Notes: generated by a model not told the origin, from the letters alone. DNA of 64,000 bases from Candidatus Poribacteria bacterium (GCA_022394755.1 JAGFCA010000005.1:94313-158312); one strand, 5' to 3'; numbered from the stretch's first letter, positions 10,419 through 20,771 are shown. Translations and numbers: made by a program.

Positions 10419-11918
10419 ATGAACAACAAACCAAATATCATTCTCATCTTTGCAGACGATCTTGGACGTGGTATGCTAAGTTGTTATGGACAACGGCACT
10501 TTGACACACCAAATATTGACCGTCTTGCGAATGAAGGTATGCGATTTAACCATGCATACGGTTGTGCTTTCTGTGCTCCATCACGTGCCAGCATGCTAAC
10601 AGGTATACACGATTGTCATCAAGGGACATGGACATACACCAAGGGTGGAATATATAATAATATCAGTTCAGGTGAAATGGAATACAGCGAGATTACTGAA
10701 CTCATTCATACAACTGGTTTGCAAGCCACTTCAGATGATGTTTTCTTAGCACAGATTCCTGAAGAAGCAGGTTATACTACAGCACAAATTGGCAAATTGG
10801 AATGGGGGTTTGCTACTACTGGGGATCGTATTCGAAGACATGGATGGCAGTATCACTACGGATACTATGACCATCAACGTTGCCATGGATTTTATCCTCC
10901 ATTTCTATTCGATAATGGGGATATCACAGAGATTCAAGGGAATACACATGCAGATTGTGGAAAACACCAAAATACAGAATCCGAAGAGAATTTACAACAC
11001 AGAAGAAATCGTGAAGGAAAAGCAGTTTACTCTCAAGATATTTTCAATGAGAAGATAATACAGTTCCTGCGAAACAACAAAGATAAACCATTCTTCTTAT
11101 ACCATCCTTCACAACTACCACATGGACCAATTTCAATACCTAAAATACATCCTGCAGTTAAACAATCATCAGAATTGACAACCTATGAAAAAGAATATGC
11201 TTCCATGATTTTAAAACTTGATGAAACCGTCGGTATTATCTTGGATGAACTTGAGTTTCTTGGGATTGATGACAATACTATGATTATTTTCTGTTCAGAT
11301 AATGGACATGAAGTATATGCTAAGCAGGAAGGTCGAACTACTGGACGAAATAAGAGTTTGAATAACGAACAGTTTGATGATATCACTACAAAATTCTACT
11401 CAGAAACTGGGGGAGATGTATTTAATGGAAATGATGGTATGGGAGGATTGAAATTCTCAAGTTGGGAAGGTGGGACACGTATTCCCTATATTGTTCGCTA
11501 TCCAGGTAGGATTGCAGAAAATGCTACATCTAACCAAATGATTGCTAACTACGATCTTCTCCCAACTCTTGCTGACCTAATTGGGGTGAATTCACCAGAT
11601 GGGAAAGATGGTGTATCATTTTTGCCTACACTGTTAGAACAGTCAGAACATCAACAAAGTAGGGAGTGGGTTGTTTATGCTTCTCGACTTGGTCCTGCCT
11701 TGGTAACATCTGATGGATGGAAGTGTCGTTATATTAACAGAAGTAAAAACTTTCAGTTATATAATCTCAATGAAGATTATAGAGAGGAGAATGATCTGTC
11801 ATCAGATTATCCTGACCTTGCTGAAAGGTTGAGTGGATGGTTACTCAATGCATGTGATGGAGATTATCAGCATGGAACACCACAGGCACATTTAGCTGAA
11901 TATCCCAAGACAAATTAA
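10419..11918 (+). CDS. Arylsulfatase family (formylglycine-dependent) sulfatase
   Basis: PNIILIFADDLG, CAPSRASMLTG, SDNG, WEGGTRIP. Confidence 0.92.
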   Translation: MNNKPNIILIFADDLGRGMLSCYGQRHFDTPNIDRLANEGMRFNHAYGCAFCAPSRASMLTGIHDCHQGTWTYTKGGIYNNISSGEMEYSEITELIHTTGLQATSDDVFLAQIPEEAGYTTAQIGKLEWGFATTGDRIRRHGWQYHYGYYDHQRCHGFYPPFLFDNGDITEIQGNTHADCGKHQNTESEENLQHRRNREGKAVYSQDIFNEKIIQFLRNNKDKPFFLYHPSQLPHGPISIPKIHPAVKQSSELTTYEKEYASMILKLDETVGIILDELEFLGIDDNTMIIFCSDNGHEVYAKQEGRTTGRNKSLNNEQFDDITTKFYSETGGDVFNGNDGMGGLKFSSWEGGTRIPYIVRYPGRIAENATSNQMIANYDLLPTLADLIGVNSPDGKDGVSFLPTLLEQSEHQQSREWVVYASRLGPALVTSDGWKCRYINRSKNFQLYNLNEDYREENDLSSDYPDLAERLSGWLLNACDGDYQHGTPQAHLAEYPKTN

Positions 11919-11953
11919 ATTCTTAATTCCTGGAATTAGAAAAAAGAGTTCAC

Positions 11954-13075
11954 ATGGTATCCTTCGATTCTGATTTAGCACAACGTGTTGTATTTGGAGA
12001 TAACAGTATTGAGAAGCTCGGACAAGCCACTATCACTTTGGATGGTACTCGTGTTCTCATCATTACTGACACAGGGATCAAGAAATCAGGGATTCTGGAT
12101 AGAGCTTATTCGGCACTGAATAAAGAGAATATATCATACTACGGTTTTACTGATGTTGATCCGAACCCAACAACAGAGCATGTATATAAGGCTGTACAAT
12201 TTGCACAAGATAATCAGCCAATCGATCTAATTATTGGACTCGGTGGTGGAAGTGCGATGGATTGTGCAAAAGGCGTGAATTTCATTCTAACAAATGGAGG
12301 TGAAATGGAGGACTATTGGGGAACTAACAAAGCAACAAAACCTATGCTGTCCTCAATAGGTATACCGACAACAATAGGTACCGGAAGTGAAGCACAATCT
12401 TATGCCTTGATTGCTCAAGAGAATACACATATTAAAATGGCTTGTGGTGACAAAAAAGCAAAATTTGACACTGTTATTTTAGATCCAACTCTGACTGGAA
12501 CTTTACCGAAATTGCAAGCCACAATTACAGGTATTGATGCAATCGCGCATGCAATTGAAAGTTTTGTTTCAACCAGACGTAACCCTCTATCGCAGATGTA
12601 CGCAATACATGCCTGGAATATGTTGGAATCTAATTTCCAAATCGCTATACACGAGGCACATCTTGATGCACGTGGAAAGATGTTATTTGGCGCATATCTC
12701 GCAGGATTGGCAATAGAGAATTCTATGCTTGGTGCCGCACATGCATGTGCAAATCCATTAACAACACAATATGGAATTACACATGGAATTGCTGTCAGTC
12801 TAATGTTACCACATGTAATACGATTTAATGAACAAGTCGTAGGTGATTTGTATAAAGAACTTTATTCTAAAGGGAATTTGGTTGAAAGAATTGAGTCTTT
12901 AATTGAATGTGGTGATTTACCGAACACACTACAACAATGTACTGTCCAATGCAACATCAGGTCAACTGACCTTTCTACCTTAGCAAAGGAGGCGGCGGTT
13001 CAATGGACAGCACAGTTTAATCCACGTCCAGTGGATATAGAAGATTTTGAGAGGTTATATGAAAAAGTACTTTGA
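11954..13075 (+). CDS. Iron-containing alcohol dehydrogenase
   Basis: GGGSAMDCAK, PTT.GTGSE, GIDAIAHAIE, GAAHACA, HGIAV. Confidence 0.93.
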   Translation: MVSFDSDLAQRVVFGDNSIEKLGQATITLDGTRVLIITDTGIKKSGILDRAYSALNKENISYYGFTDVDPNPTTEHVYKAVQFAQDNQPIDLIIGLGGGSAMDCAKGVNFILTNGGEMEDYWGTNKATKPMLSSIGIPTTIGTGSEAQSYALIAQENTHIKMACGDKKAKFDTVILDPTLTGTLPKLQATITGIDAIAHAIESFVSTRRNPLSQMYAIHAWNMLESNFQIAIHEAHLDARGKMLFGAYLAGLAIENSMLGAAHACANPLTTQYGITHGIAVSLMLPHVIRFNEQVVGDLYKELYSKGNLVERIESLIECGDLPNTLQQCTVQCNIRSTDLSTLAKEAAVQWTAQFNPRPVDIEDFERLYEKVL

Positions 13076-14249
13076 GATATTGCCTATCAAACTTATCAAT
13101 CTAAAAGAGATCATACGATTCAGTATAGTTATTTTATCCTATATATTGGTCTTATTATTTATAAACATTCAGATTTCTTTTAGTAATTGGGTTAGTTTTA
13201 GAGGTAATCAGCAGCTAACAGGAGTGTCGGAATCGCAGCTGCCAGAAAAGCTTGATTTGTTGTGGACATTTAAAGTAGAAGACATGATAGAATCTACTGT
13301 TACAATCTATGATGGTACTGTATATGTTGCAGCATTAGATGGAAAATTACATGCACTCAATGCTGAGACAGGCAAGAGTAAATGGAAATACGATGCTAAA
13401 GCACCAATAAAGTCATCACCATCAATTTCTGACGGTGTCATTTACTTTGGAGATGAGAATGGTATATTCCATGCAGTGGACATAAAAACACAGAAAAAGA
13501 AATGGTTGTATACTACAGAAGGTGAAATTGTATCTTCAGCAAATTTTATAGATAACCGGGTTTTATTCGGATCGTATGATGGATTTCTATACTGTTTAAA
13601 CATGAATAGTGGTGATCTAATATGGAAGTTTGAAACTGAAGGAAATGTACATGCAACACCAAGTGTATGGCTCCATAAAAGTGGTGATACATCCACTATT
13701 GGGAATTATGTTATCGTAACTGGGTGTGATAGTTATCTTCGTATCATTGATATCCAGGATGGAACACAAGCTGAAATGGTCAATCTTGGTACTTATGTAG
13801 GAGCAAGTCCAGCAATTTTAGATAATCAAGTATTCTGTGGTACATACGGGAGCGAAATCCTAAGTGTGTCCTTAGATAACGGGGAGATTACATGGAGATA
13901 CCAACACCCAAAGCTTAAATATCCTTTTATCGGTTCTGCTGCTGTCACAGGGGATGAAGTTATCATCGGTGGTCATGATAAAATGATACATGCCCTATCA
14001 CATAAGACTGGAGATCCGATTTGGACATATAGAACAAAATCACGAATTGAATCTTCACCTATTGTTGTAGGGGAACGTGTGTTCTTCGGTACAATTCGTG
14101 GACTATTTATTGCCTTAGATCTTACCTCTGGTGAATTGGTTTGGGAATACGATACAGGGGACCCCATTGTTGCATCACCGAGTGTATCTGATGGAAGAAT
14201 ATATATCGGTAATGAGGGAGGAATACTCTTCTGTTTTGGAAAAAAATAA
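13059..14249 (+). CDS. Secreted PQQ-binding-like (BamB-like) beta-propeller protein
   Basis: Signal/TM segment, WVSFRGN, regular SSP..D..VY.G..DG..L....G...W blades; overlaps the ADH stop. Confidence 0.9.
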   Translation: MKKYFEILPIKLINLKEIIRFSIVILSYILVLLFINIQISFSNWVSFRGNQQLTGVSESQLPEKLDLLWTFKVEDMIESTVTIYDGTVYVAALDGKLHALNAETGKSKWKYDAKAPIKSSPSISDGVIYFGDENGIFHAVDIKTQKKKWLYTTEGEIVSSANFIDNRVLFGSYDGFLYCLNMNSGDLIWKFETEGNVHATPSVWLHKSGDTSTIGNYVIVTGCDSYLRIIDIQDGTQAEMVNLGTYVGASPAILDNQVFCGTYGSEILSVSLDNGEITWRYQHPKLKYPFIGSAAVTGDEVIIGGHDKMIHALSHKTGDPIWTYRTKSRIESSPIVVGERVFFGTIRGLFIALDLTSGELVWEYDTGDPIVASPSVSDGRIYIGNEGGILFCFGKK

Positions 14250-14324
14250 TGAGAACAAATCTATTAAATAACTCTATACATATTAAATTTTTGTATTATC
14301 AATTTTACTATAAGGAATATAGAA

Positions 14325-15665
14325 ATGAGCCAAACAAAGCCGGAACCAGCAACAGCAGGTATAGAAACTGAACAGACATCCGTAGGAAGTGTCTTTGTTT
14401 CAAACTATCCTCCCTATTCTGTATGGAATGAATCCGCTGTTCCGGATGTACAGAACGCATTAACCGATGATCCATCGGACGATGCAACCTTAGGACTATA
14501 TCTACACATTCCTTTCTGTCGTAAACGTTGTAAATTCTGCTATTTTCGAGTTTATACGGATAAGAATAGCACTGAGATTGATACATATCTCAATGCTCTT
14601 GCTGAAGAAATAGAACTATATGGCAAACAACCTGCATTAGACAACCGTCCTTTGAAATTTGTATATTTTGGTGGTGGTACTCCATCATATATTAGCGTAA
14701 AACATCTAAACACGCTCGTAGAACGTATAAAAAAAGTGTTTCCTTGGGATACAGCTGAAGAAGTTGCATTTGAATGTGAACCAGGTACATTAACACAAAA
14801 GAAATTACAAGCCATTAAAGGTATAGGAGTGACTCGTTTAAGTCTTGGTGTTGAGAACTTAAACGACAAAATCCTCGAAGAAAACGGACGAGCACATCTA
14901 TCAAAAGAGGTTTACAGAATTCATCCATGGATTAAGGAATTAGAGTTTGATCAAGTTAACATTGACCTTATATCTGGAATGATTGGTGAAACATGGGAAA
15001 GTTGGCAAGACACTGTTCAAAAAACAATAGAACTTGATCCTGACAGCATTACTGTATATCAACTTGAACTCCCTTTTAATACAGTTTATTCAAAAGATAT
15101 CCTCGGCGGAGATGCATTACCTGTTGCTGATTGGAAACTAAAAAGGGAATGGCACCAATATGCTTTTGAACAATTTACGCAAGTCGGATATGAACAATCA
15201 AGTGCCTATACAGTATTGAAAAAAGACAAACCTTGTAAGTTTGTATATCGTGATGCAGTCTGGCAGGGAAGTGATATGATTGGTACAGGAGTAGCCTCAT
15301 TTTCACATTTTAGTGGAATTCATTTTCAGAATGCACCATCTTGGGGAGATTATCTGAGCACAATTGAATCAGGTGAACTACCCATTTACCGTGCTTTTAA
15401 ACCTACAGATGATGAAAAACTCACACGAGAGATGATTCTACAACTTAAACTTGGGAAGATTAATCCATCCTATTTTCAATCTAAGTTTAACGCCGATATC
15501 TTGGCACTCTATAGGGAAGAATTTGATCAACTACAAAACGAAGGCATGTTACGAATTCATTCAGATCAAGACGAAATCCAACTAACGCAACGAGGTTTAT
15601 TGCAGGTTGATGGTCTTCTTCCAACGTTCTATGCACAAGAATACCAGAATACACGCTATACATAG
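14325..15665 (+). CDS. HemN-like (class C type) radical SAM enzyme
   Basis: GLYLHIPFCRKRCKFCYF, YFGGGTPS, RLSLGV, NIDLI; N-terminal SNYPPY. Confidence 0.9.
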   Translation: MSQTKPEPATAGIETEQTSVGSVFVSNYPPYSVWNESAVPDVQNALTDDPSDDATLGLYLHIPFCRKRCKFCYFRVYTDKNSTEIDTYLNALAEEIELYGKQPALDNRPLKFVYFGGGTPSYISVKHLNTLVERIKKVFPWDTAEEVAFECEPGTLTQKKLQAIKGIGVTRLSLGVENLNDKILEENGRAHLSKEVYRIHPWIKELEFDQVNIDLISGMIGETWESWQDTVQKTIELDPDSITVYQLELPFNTVYSKDILGGDALPVADWKLKREWHQYAFEQFTQVGYEQSSAYTVLKKDKPCKFVYRDAVWQGSDMIGTGVASFSHFSGIHFQNAPSWGDYLSTIESGELPIYRAFKPTDDEKLTREMILQLKLGKINPSYFQSKFNADILALYREEFDQLQNEGMLRIHSDQDEIQLTQRGLLQVDGLLPTFYAQEYQNTRYT

Positions 15666-15707
15666 TGTCTTGTATGTTGGAATCTGATGTAAGGATCTGA
15701 TAGATAA

Positions 15708-16958
15708 ATGATTGATATACAATTAAACCGGTTGAGAGAAATGTTAATACCGGTTTGGAAGTCGAATGACTTCTATAAAGAGAAATTAAGAGATACAGGT
15801 TTTTCAAATCCTGAGGAAATACAAACACTTTCTGATTATCAGAATCTTCCATTTACAACGAAGGATGAACTTAGTACAGATCAAGTTGCCCATCCACCAT
15901 ACGGCACCAACTTAACCTTTCCACAAGAGAAATATACTTGCATACATCAAACATCTGGCACAACAGGTTCACCAATCCGTTGGTTAGATACAAGAGAATC
16001 ATGGGATTGGTGGGGTAAATGTTGGCGTGATATCTATAGTGCTGCAGAAGTTACCTCAGCTGATAGGTTAATGATAGCTTTTTCATTTGGACCCTTTATC
16101 GGTTTCTGGAGTGCATACCATGGTGCTCAACAACTTGGAGCATTCACCATAGCCAATGGTGGAATGACATCTGACCAACGAATACGTGCTATCCTCACGA
16201 ATGATGTTACAGTGGTAATTTCTACACCGACCTATGCTTTACGATTAGCAGAAGTGGCTAAAAAAGAAGGGGTGGATTTGAATACTGATTCTAAGGTAAG
16301 AGTTACAATCCATGCCGGTGAACCGGGAGCTAGTCTACAATCTACAAAGCAACGTATTGAAAATGGTTGGGGAGCAAAAGCTTATGATCATATTGGTGCA
16401 ACCGAGGTTGGGGCATGGGGTGTCATGTGTAAAGCACAAAACGGAGTTCATCTTAATGAAGACGAATTTATTTGTGAGGTTATAGATCCCGATTCTGGGA
16501 AACATGCTGACGAGGGTGAATTAGTTATTACAAATTTAGGACGGGTTGGGATGCCGGTGATACGGTATAGGACGGGTGATTTTGTCAAACTAAAATCAGA
16601 ACAGTGTCCTTGTGGAAGCGAGCATCGTATTCTGGATGGTGGTGTTGTGGGACGTTTAGATAACGCGATAATTATTCGAGGATTAAATGTATATCCAGCA
16701 ACAATAGAAAACATCATCCTCAAGGTACAAGATGTCAGTGAATTCGCTGTTAGAGCTTATTCAGGAGACACATTTGATGAACTTGAAATTCAAATTGAGA
16801 CATTTAATCCGATGTCCGATGAGACTGCATCCGATGTTATTGCAGCAATCCAAGGCGAATTGGGATTACGCACGATTGTGAAAACAGTGTCAAATGGTAC
16901 ATTGCCTCGGTACGAACTAAAATCAAGGCGATTTACTGATGATAGAAAAAATAAATAG
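15708..16958 (+). CDS. Phenylacetate-CoA ligase family protein (PaaK-like)
   Basis: LPFTTKDEL, HQTSGTTG.P, AGEPG, GELVITNL..P.IRYRTGD, IIRGLNVYP. Confidence 0.9.
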   Translation: MIDIQLNRLREMLIPVWKSNDFYKEKLRDTGFSNPEEIQTLSDYQNLPFTTKDELSTDQVAHPPYGTNLTFPQEKYTCIHQTSGTTGSPIRWLDTRESWDWWGKCWRDIYSAAEVTSADRLMIAFSFGPFIGFWSAYHGAQQLGAFTIANGGMTSDQRIRAILTNDVTVVISTPTYALRLAEVAKKEGVDLNTDSKVRVTIHAGEPGASLQSTKQRIENGWGAKAYDHIGATEVGAWGVMCKAQNGVHLNEDEFICEVIDPDSGKHADEGELVITNLGRVGMPVIRYRTGDFVKLKSEQCPCGSEHRILDGGVVGRLDNAIIIRGLNVYPATIENIILKVQDVSEFAVRAYSGDTFDELEIQIETFNPMSDETASDVIAAIQGELGLRTIVKTVSNGTLPRYELKSRRFTDDRKNK

Positions 16959-16985
16959 CAGGCAATAGAAAATATTATAATCAAT

Positions 16986-18266
16986 ATGATTCCGCACGCA
17001 AAATACGATACAATTATAATAGGTGGAGGACCCGCTGGTAGTACTGCTGCAACCCTTATTGCACAACAAGGGTATAGCGTGTTGCTCTTGGAGCGAGAAT
17101 CTGAACCATCGTTTAAAATTGGTGAATCTCTCATTCCATCAACATTCTGGACATTCAAACGGCTTGGCATGCTTGAGAAACTAAGAGCCAGTCATTTTCC
17201 ACAGAAGTATAGTGTTCAGTTTTTCACTCGAACCGGCAAAGCAACCAATCCATTCTACTTCTTTGAAACAAATCCGCATGAAAGTTCTGTTACATGGCAG
17301 GTCTTACGTAGTGAATTCGATCAGATGTTATTAGATAATGCTGTTGAAAAAGGAGTTGTTGTACGTAGGGGCGTAAGTGTTAGAAATGTGATTTTTGATG
17401 GAGATAAAGCAACCGGTGTTTCTACACTGACGGTTGACAGGAATACACAAGAAAAACAAGAGGAAACGATACATGGGACAGTAATTGTTGATTCTACAGG
17501 ACAACGATCCCTTATTGGAAGACAATTAAATCTCAATACAATTGAGCCAAACCTGAAAAAAGCATCTCTATTCACACATTATGAAGGTGGATATCGAGAT
17601 ACAGGGATTGACGAAGGTGCAACGCTCATTCTTCATACAGAGGAAAAAGATTCTTGGTTTTGGTCTATCCCGTTACCATATAACCGCACAAGCGTAGGGG
17701 TTGTCGGAGAATTAGATTATCTACTGCAGAACCGAAGAGATGAGAATGGAAAGTTGGATGCACAAAAAATATTTGAGGAAGAATTGAATAAGTGTCTCCC
17801 GTTAAAGGATCGATTGGAAGGTGCTAAACAGTTATTTCCTATGCAAACGACAAAGGATTTTTCATATAGAGCAAGTCGAATTGCAGGTCAGAATTGGTTG
17901 CTTATTGGAGATGCATTTGGCTTCTTAGATCCAGTATACTCAACCGGATTATTCTTAGCTCTGAAATCTGGGGAAATGGCTGCAGATGTAATAATTGATG
18001 CACTCAAAGAAAATGACTATTCTGCAGAACGGTTAGGCAGTTTTGGACAAACGTTTGTAGATGGTATGGAGGCGTTCAGGAAATTGGTATATGCATTTTA
18101 TACAAAGGAATTCAGTTTTGCTCGTTTCCTCTCAGAATATCCTGAGCATCTTGGAGGGATCGTTGACATACTCAGTGGAGATGTATATAGAAGAGATGTA
18201 ACACACATCTTTCCAGATATGTCCAAGATGTGTTATTTCCCACCAGAAGTTCCCATAAACTCGTAG
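16986..18266 (+). CDS. FAD-dependent halogenase-like oxidoreductase
   Basis: GGGPAGS, F.IGES, FPQK (catalytic Lys position), WFWSIP (WxWxIP), GDAFGFLDP.YSTG. Confidence 0.85.
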   Translation: MIPHAKYDTIIIGGGPAGSTAATLIAQQGYSVLLLERESEPSFKIGESLIPSTFWTFKRLGMLEKLRASHFPQKYSVQFFTRTGKATNPFYFFETNPHESSVTWQVLRSEFDQMLLDNAVEKGVVVRRGVSVRNVIFDGDKATGVSTLTVDRNTQEKQEETIHGTVIVDSTGQRSLIGRQLNLNTIEPNLKKASLFTHYEGGYRDTGIDEGATLILHTEEKDSWFWSIPLPYNRTSVGVVGELDYLLQNRRDENGKLDAQKIFEEELNKCLPLKDRLEGAKQLFPMQTTKDFSYRASRIAGQNWLLIGDAFGFLDPVYSTGLFLALKSGEMAADVIIDALKENDYSAERLGSFGQTFVDGMEAFRKLVYAFYTKEFSFARFLSEYPEHLGGIVDILSGDVYRRDVTHIFPDMSKMCYFPPEVPINS

Positions 18267-18352
18267 TGCAAAATGTATGTAGAGATATAGAAAAATACGA
18301 ATTATATAAAACTAAAGGGTTACTATCAAGATATGATAATAATGGAGAGAAT

Positions 18353-19333
18353 ATGAAAAGAATTATAAAGTATACAATCCTAATACCTGTGATCTTTGCA
18401 ATGTTGATATATATCGGATGTGATAACACATCAAAGAAGAAGTTTATCAGTATAGGCACAGCACCAATTGGGGGTGCGTTTAATGCGGTTGGTGGTGCAA
18501 TTGCTAATGTTGTAAATCGTAATTCAACTGAAATGAACTGGGAAGTTACTGCTGAAGAAACTAAAGGCACGCAAGAGAACATCCGTTTGTTGGTAAAGGA
18601 TGAAAGAAGAATTGAATTTGCAATGGCTAACGCTGCAATCTCATACTTTGCTGTACGTGGTGAAGGAGCTTGGGAGACAAAACATCCAATTCGGTCAGTC
18701 ATGACGCTTGCACCAAATGTCGCTCTGTTTGTAACGAAGAAATCTTCAGAGATTAAGTCTATTCCAGACCTAAAAGGAAAACGTGTCGTTGTAGGACCAG
18801 CCGGTGCAGGATTTGAGTATTTCTTGAGACCTGTATTAGAAGAACATGGTGTTACCTATGATGATTTCACTCCGCTAAATGATAACTATAGTGCTGCCGT
18901 CAATTTATTAGCTGATGGGGCAGCTGCAGCAGCTTTTATTGGTGGTGCAGTGCCAACACCCGCTGTGAAGCAAGCTTCCGCCTCACAAGATATAATGTTT
19001 ATTCCTTTTGACAAAACGGCTATAGATACTCTTGTTAAAAAGTATCCTTTCTTTTCTTCTATGACAATTCCTGCCACTGCTTATGAGAAAGTATTATCTG
19101 AACCATTTGAGACTATGAATGTAGGATCAATGCATTTAATCACTGCTGAGTCGGTAGATGAAGAAACCGTGTATGAATTTACAAAGAATCTTTACAACAA
19201 TCGATCTGAAGTTGTAAAAGCTCATAAAGCAGGTAATGCAATCAACCCCAAAAATGTCATTAAAGATACTGGTACACCCTTTCATCCGGGTGCTATACGT
19301 TTCTATAAAGAGATAGGTATTTGGAAGGAATAA
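18353..19333 (+). CDS. TAXI family TRAP transporter solute-binding lipoprotein
   Basis: ATG 18353 after GGAG; lipobox YIGC; ISIGTA..GG, T.GT.ENI, DLKGKRV..G..G, PFHPGA.RFYKE.G. Confidence 0.92.
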   Translation: MKRIIKYTILIPVIFAMLIYIGCDNTSKKKFISIGTAPIGGAFNAVGGAIANVVNRNSTEMNWEVTAEETKGTQENIRLLVKDERRIEFAMANAAISYFAVRGEGAWETKHPIRSVMTLAPNVALFVTKKSSEIKSIPDLKGKRVVVGPAGAGFEYFLRPVLEEHGVTYDDFTPLNDNYSAAVNLLADGAAAAAFIGGAVPTPAVKQASASQDIMFIPFDKTAIDTLVKKYPFFSSMTIPATAYEKVLSEPFETMNVGSMHLITAESVDEETVYEFTKNLYNNRSEVVKAHKAGNAINPKNVIKDTGTPFHPGAIRFYKEIGIWKE

Positions 19334-19347
19334 TAGGTTAAAAAGAT

Positions 19348-19376
19348 TTGACAGTAATTACATTTAATGGTATTAT
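19348..19376 (+). promoter_or_regulatory. Sigma70-type promoter of the tRNA pair
   Basis: TTGACA-17 bp-TATTAT with extended TG, 12 nt upstream of tRNA-Phe. Confidence 0.7.
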
Positions 19377-19388
19377 AATCTACCTGAT

Positions 19389-19461
19389 GCCGAGATAGCT
19401 CAGTCGGTAGAGCAGTAGACTGAAAATCTATGTGTCGGCAGTTCGATTCTGCCTCTCGGCA
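19389..19461 (+). tRNA. tRNA-Phe(GAA)
   Basis: GCCGAGA/TCTCGGC acceptor stem, anticodon loop CTGAAAA, GTTCGA T-loop; CCA not encoded. Confidence 0.97.
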
Positions 19462-19484
19462 TTTTCCTATTTAAGCATTTACAA

Positions 19485-19556
19485 GCCGGTGTAGCTCAGG
19501 GGAAGAGCAACTGATTCGTAATCAGTAGGTCGGAGGTTCAAATCCTCTCATCGGCT
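19485..19556 (+). tRNA. tRNA-Thr(CGT)
   Basis: GCCGGTG/CATCGGC acceptor stem, ACTGA-TTCGTAA-TCAGT anticodon arm, GTTCAAAT T-loop; CCA not encoded. Confidence 0.95.
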
Positions 19557-19685
19557 TCTTAGCAAACCTCCCTTCCTCTTATCAATAACAAATTTCTTGT
19601 ATAAAGCATCCACGACAAATATATCTTAAACCACCCCATGTCTTATTCACTTTGGATTATGAATTGGCCGCTAAGGCAGGATAGA

Positions 19686-20756
19686 TTACTTTCTTTCGGA
19701 TTGTTCGGCTGCTATATCTTCTTCTAAAGACTTGATTATAGCTAAGATGGTTGAATGTTGGTCAAGGCTGTATACCTTCTTATACATTTCAAGTGCTTGT
19801 CTATTATCATGGAGGAAACCCTCATATATCTCTGCCATCTCCTGCCAAGCTTGAACTTCTGTCGGATCAAGATCGACAATTTCTCTATATACATCTACTA
19901 TGTCGTTATAAGGTCGAGTGTCTGTTTCTCTTTTTAAGACACTTGCTCGATAATAGAGTAAGCCAATTAGATCGTTTACAATTTCCTGCATACTTGGATA
20001 CAATTGATTAGCTTCTTTCAACAGAATTATAGATTGTGATTCTAACCGAGTCATTTCAGCATAGTCTTCATCTGTGAGTTTTCTTTTTATCAATCGATAC
20101 CCTTGGAACATCTTATTGTATGTTCGTGACAACTGTAATCTTGCCAATATCCCAATCGGTGCTTTTTCAGATGATATATTCTTTAAATCGGGGTCATTCT
20201 CTATTGCTTGTAAATAATGTCTTGAGGCATCTGAGTATTGTTTCCTGCCTTGATAAAGCACACCCAGAAGATAATGTGCTTCTGAATTACCATTATTCTT
20301 CTCAATAACGGAAATAAATTGATTAACCGCTTCCTGTTGATCACTTAAATCTCTATGCAACTTACCGCTTAGGAGTAATACTTGCTCGTTTTCAGGATCA
20401 ATAATAGATGCATTCTTCAGACGAGACCATGCATCCTTTACCCAGCTGCTTTGCGAGTAAATCTCAGCTATACGCAAATTTGCATGTAAACGTATATCTG
20501 CATAGGTTTCTGTATTTGCTTGATCCATTGCAATTAATGCTTGCCAATAAAGTAAAATAGCATCCCCAAAATCTTGCTTCTTAAATAATGTATCTGCTTC
20601 TGTAATTAAGTTTTCTACTTGTGATAGGGGGTATAATTCCTGTTCACTGCTACTCTTCTGTATTAGGATTGCAGCGATTGCTATGAAAGATATTATCGCG
20701 ATGATCTCTGTAATTATTAACCAACGTCGAGAAAAAGACTGTGATCTATTCTTCAT
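19686..20756 (-). CDS. Membrane-anchored TPR protein
   Basis: N-terminal TM helix; TPR motifs (AHYLLGVLY...A..Y..AI..DP). Confidence 0.85.
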   Translation of the reverse strand: MKNRSQSFSRRWLIITEIIAIISFIAIAAILIQKSSSEQELYPLSQVENLITEADTLFKKQDFGDAILLYWQALIAMDQANTETYADIRLHANLRIAEIYSQSSWVKDAWSRLKNASIIDPENEQVLLLSGKLHRDLSDQQEAVNQFISVIEKNNGNSEAHYLLGVLYQGRKQYSDASRHYLQAIENDPDLKNISSEKAPIGILARLQLSRTYNKMFQGYRLIKRKLTDEDYAEMTRLESQSIILLKEANQLYPSMQEIVNDLIGLLYYRASVLKRETDTRPYNDIVDVYREIVDLDPTEVQAWQEMAEIYEGFLHDNRQALEMYKKVYSLDQHSTILAIIKSLEEDIAAEQSERK

Positions 20757-20771
20757 TATGTTCTCCTATAC

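Noticed and set aside
14325..15665. True heme-pathway hemN
   Set aside because: No heme genes nearby and the context is a tailoring-enzyme cluster; left as HemN-like with no symbol.
19389..19686. Integrative element at the tRNAs
   Set aside because: No integrase, and I found no duplicated tRNA 3' end in the window.
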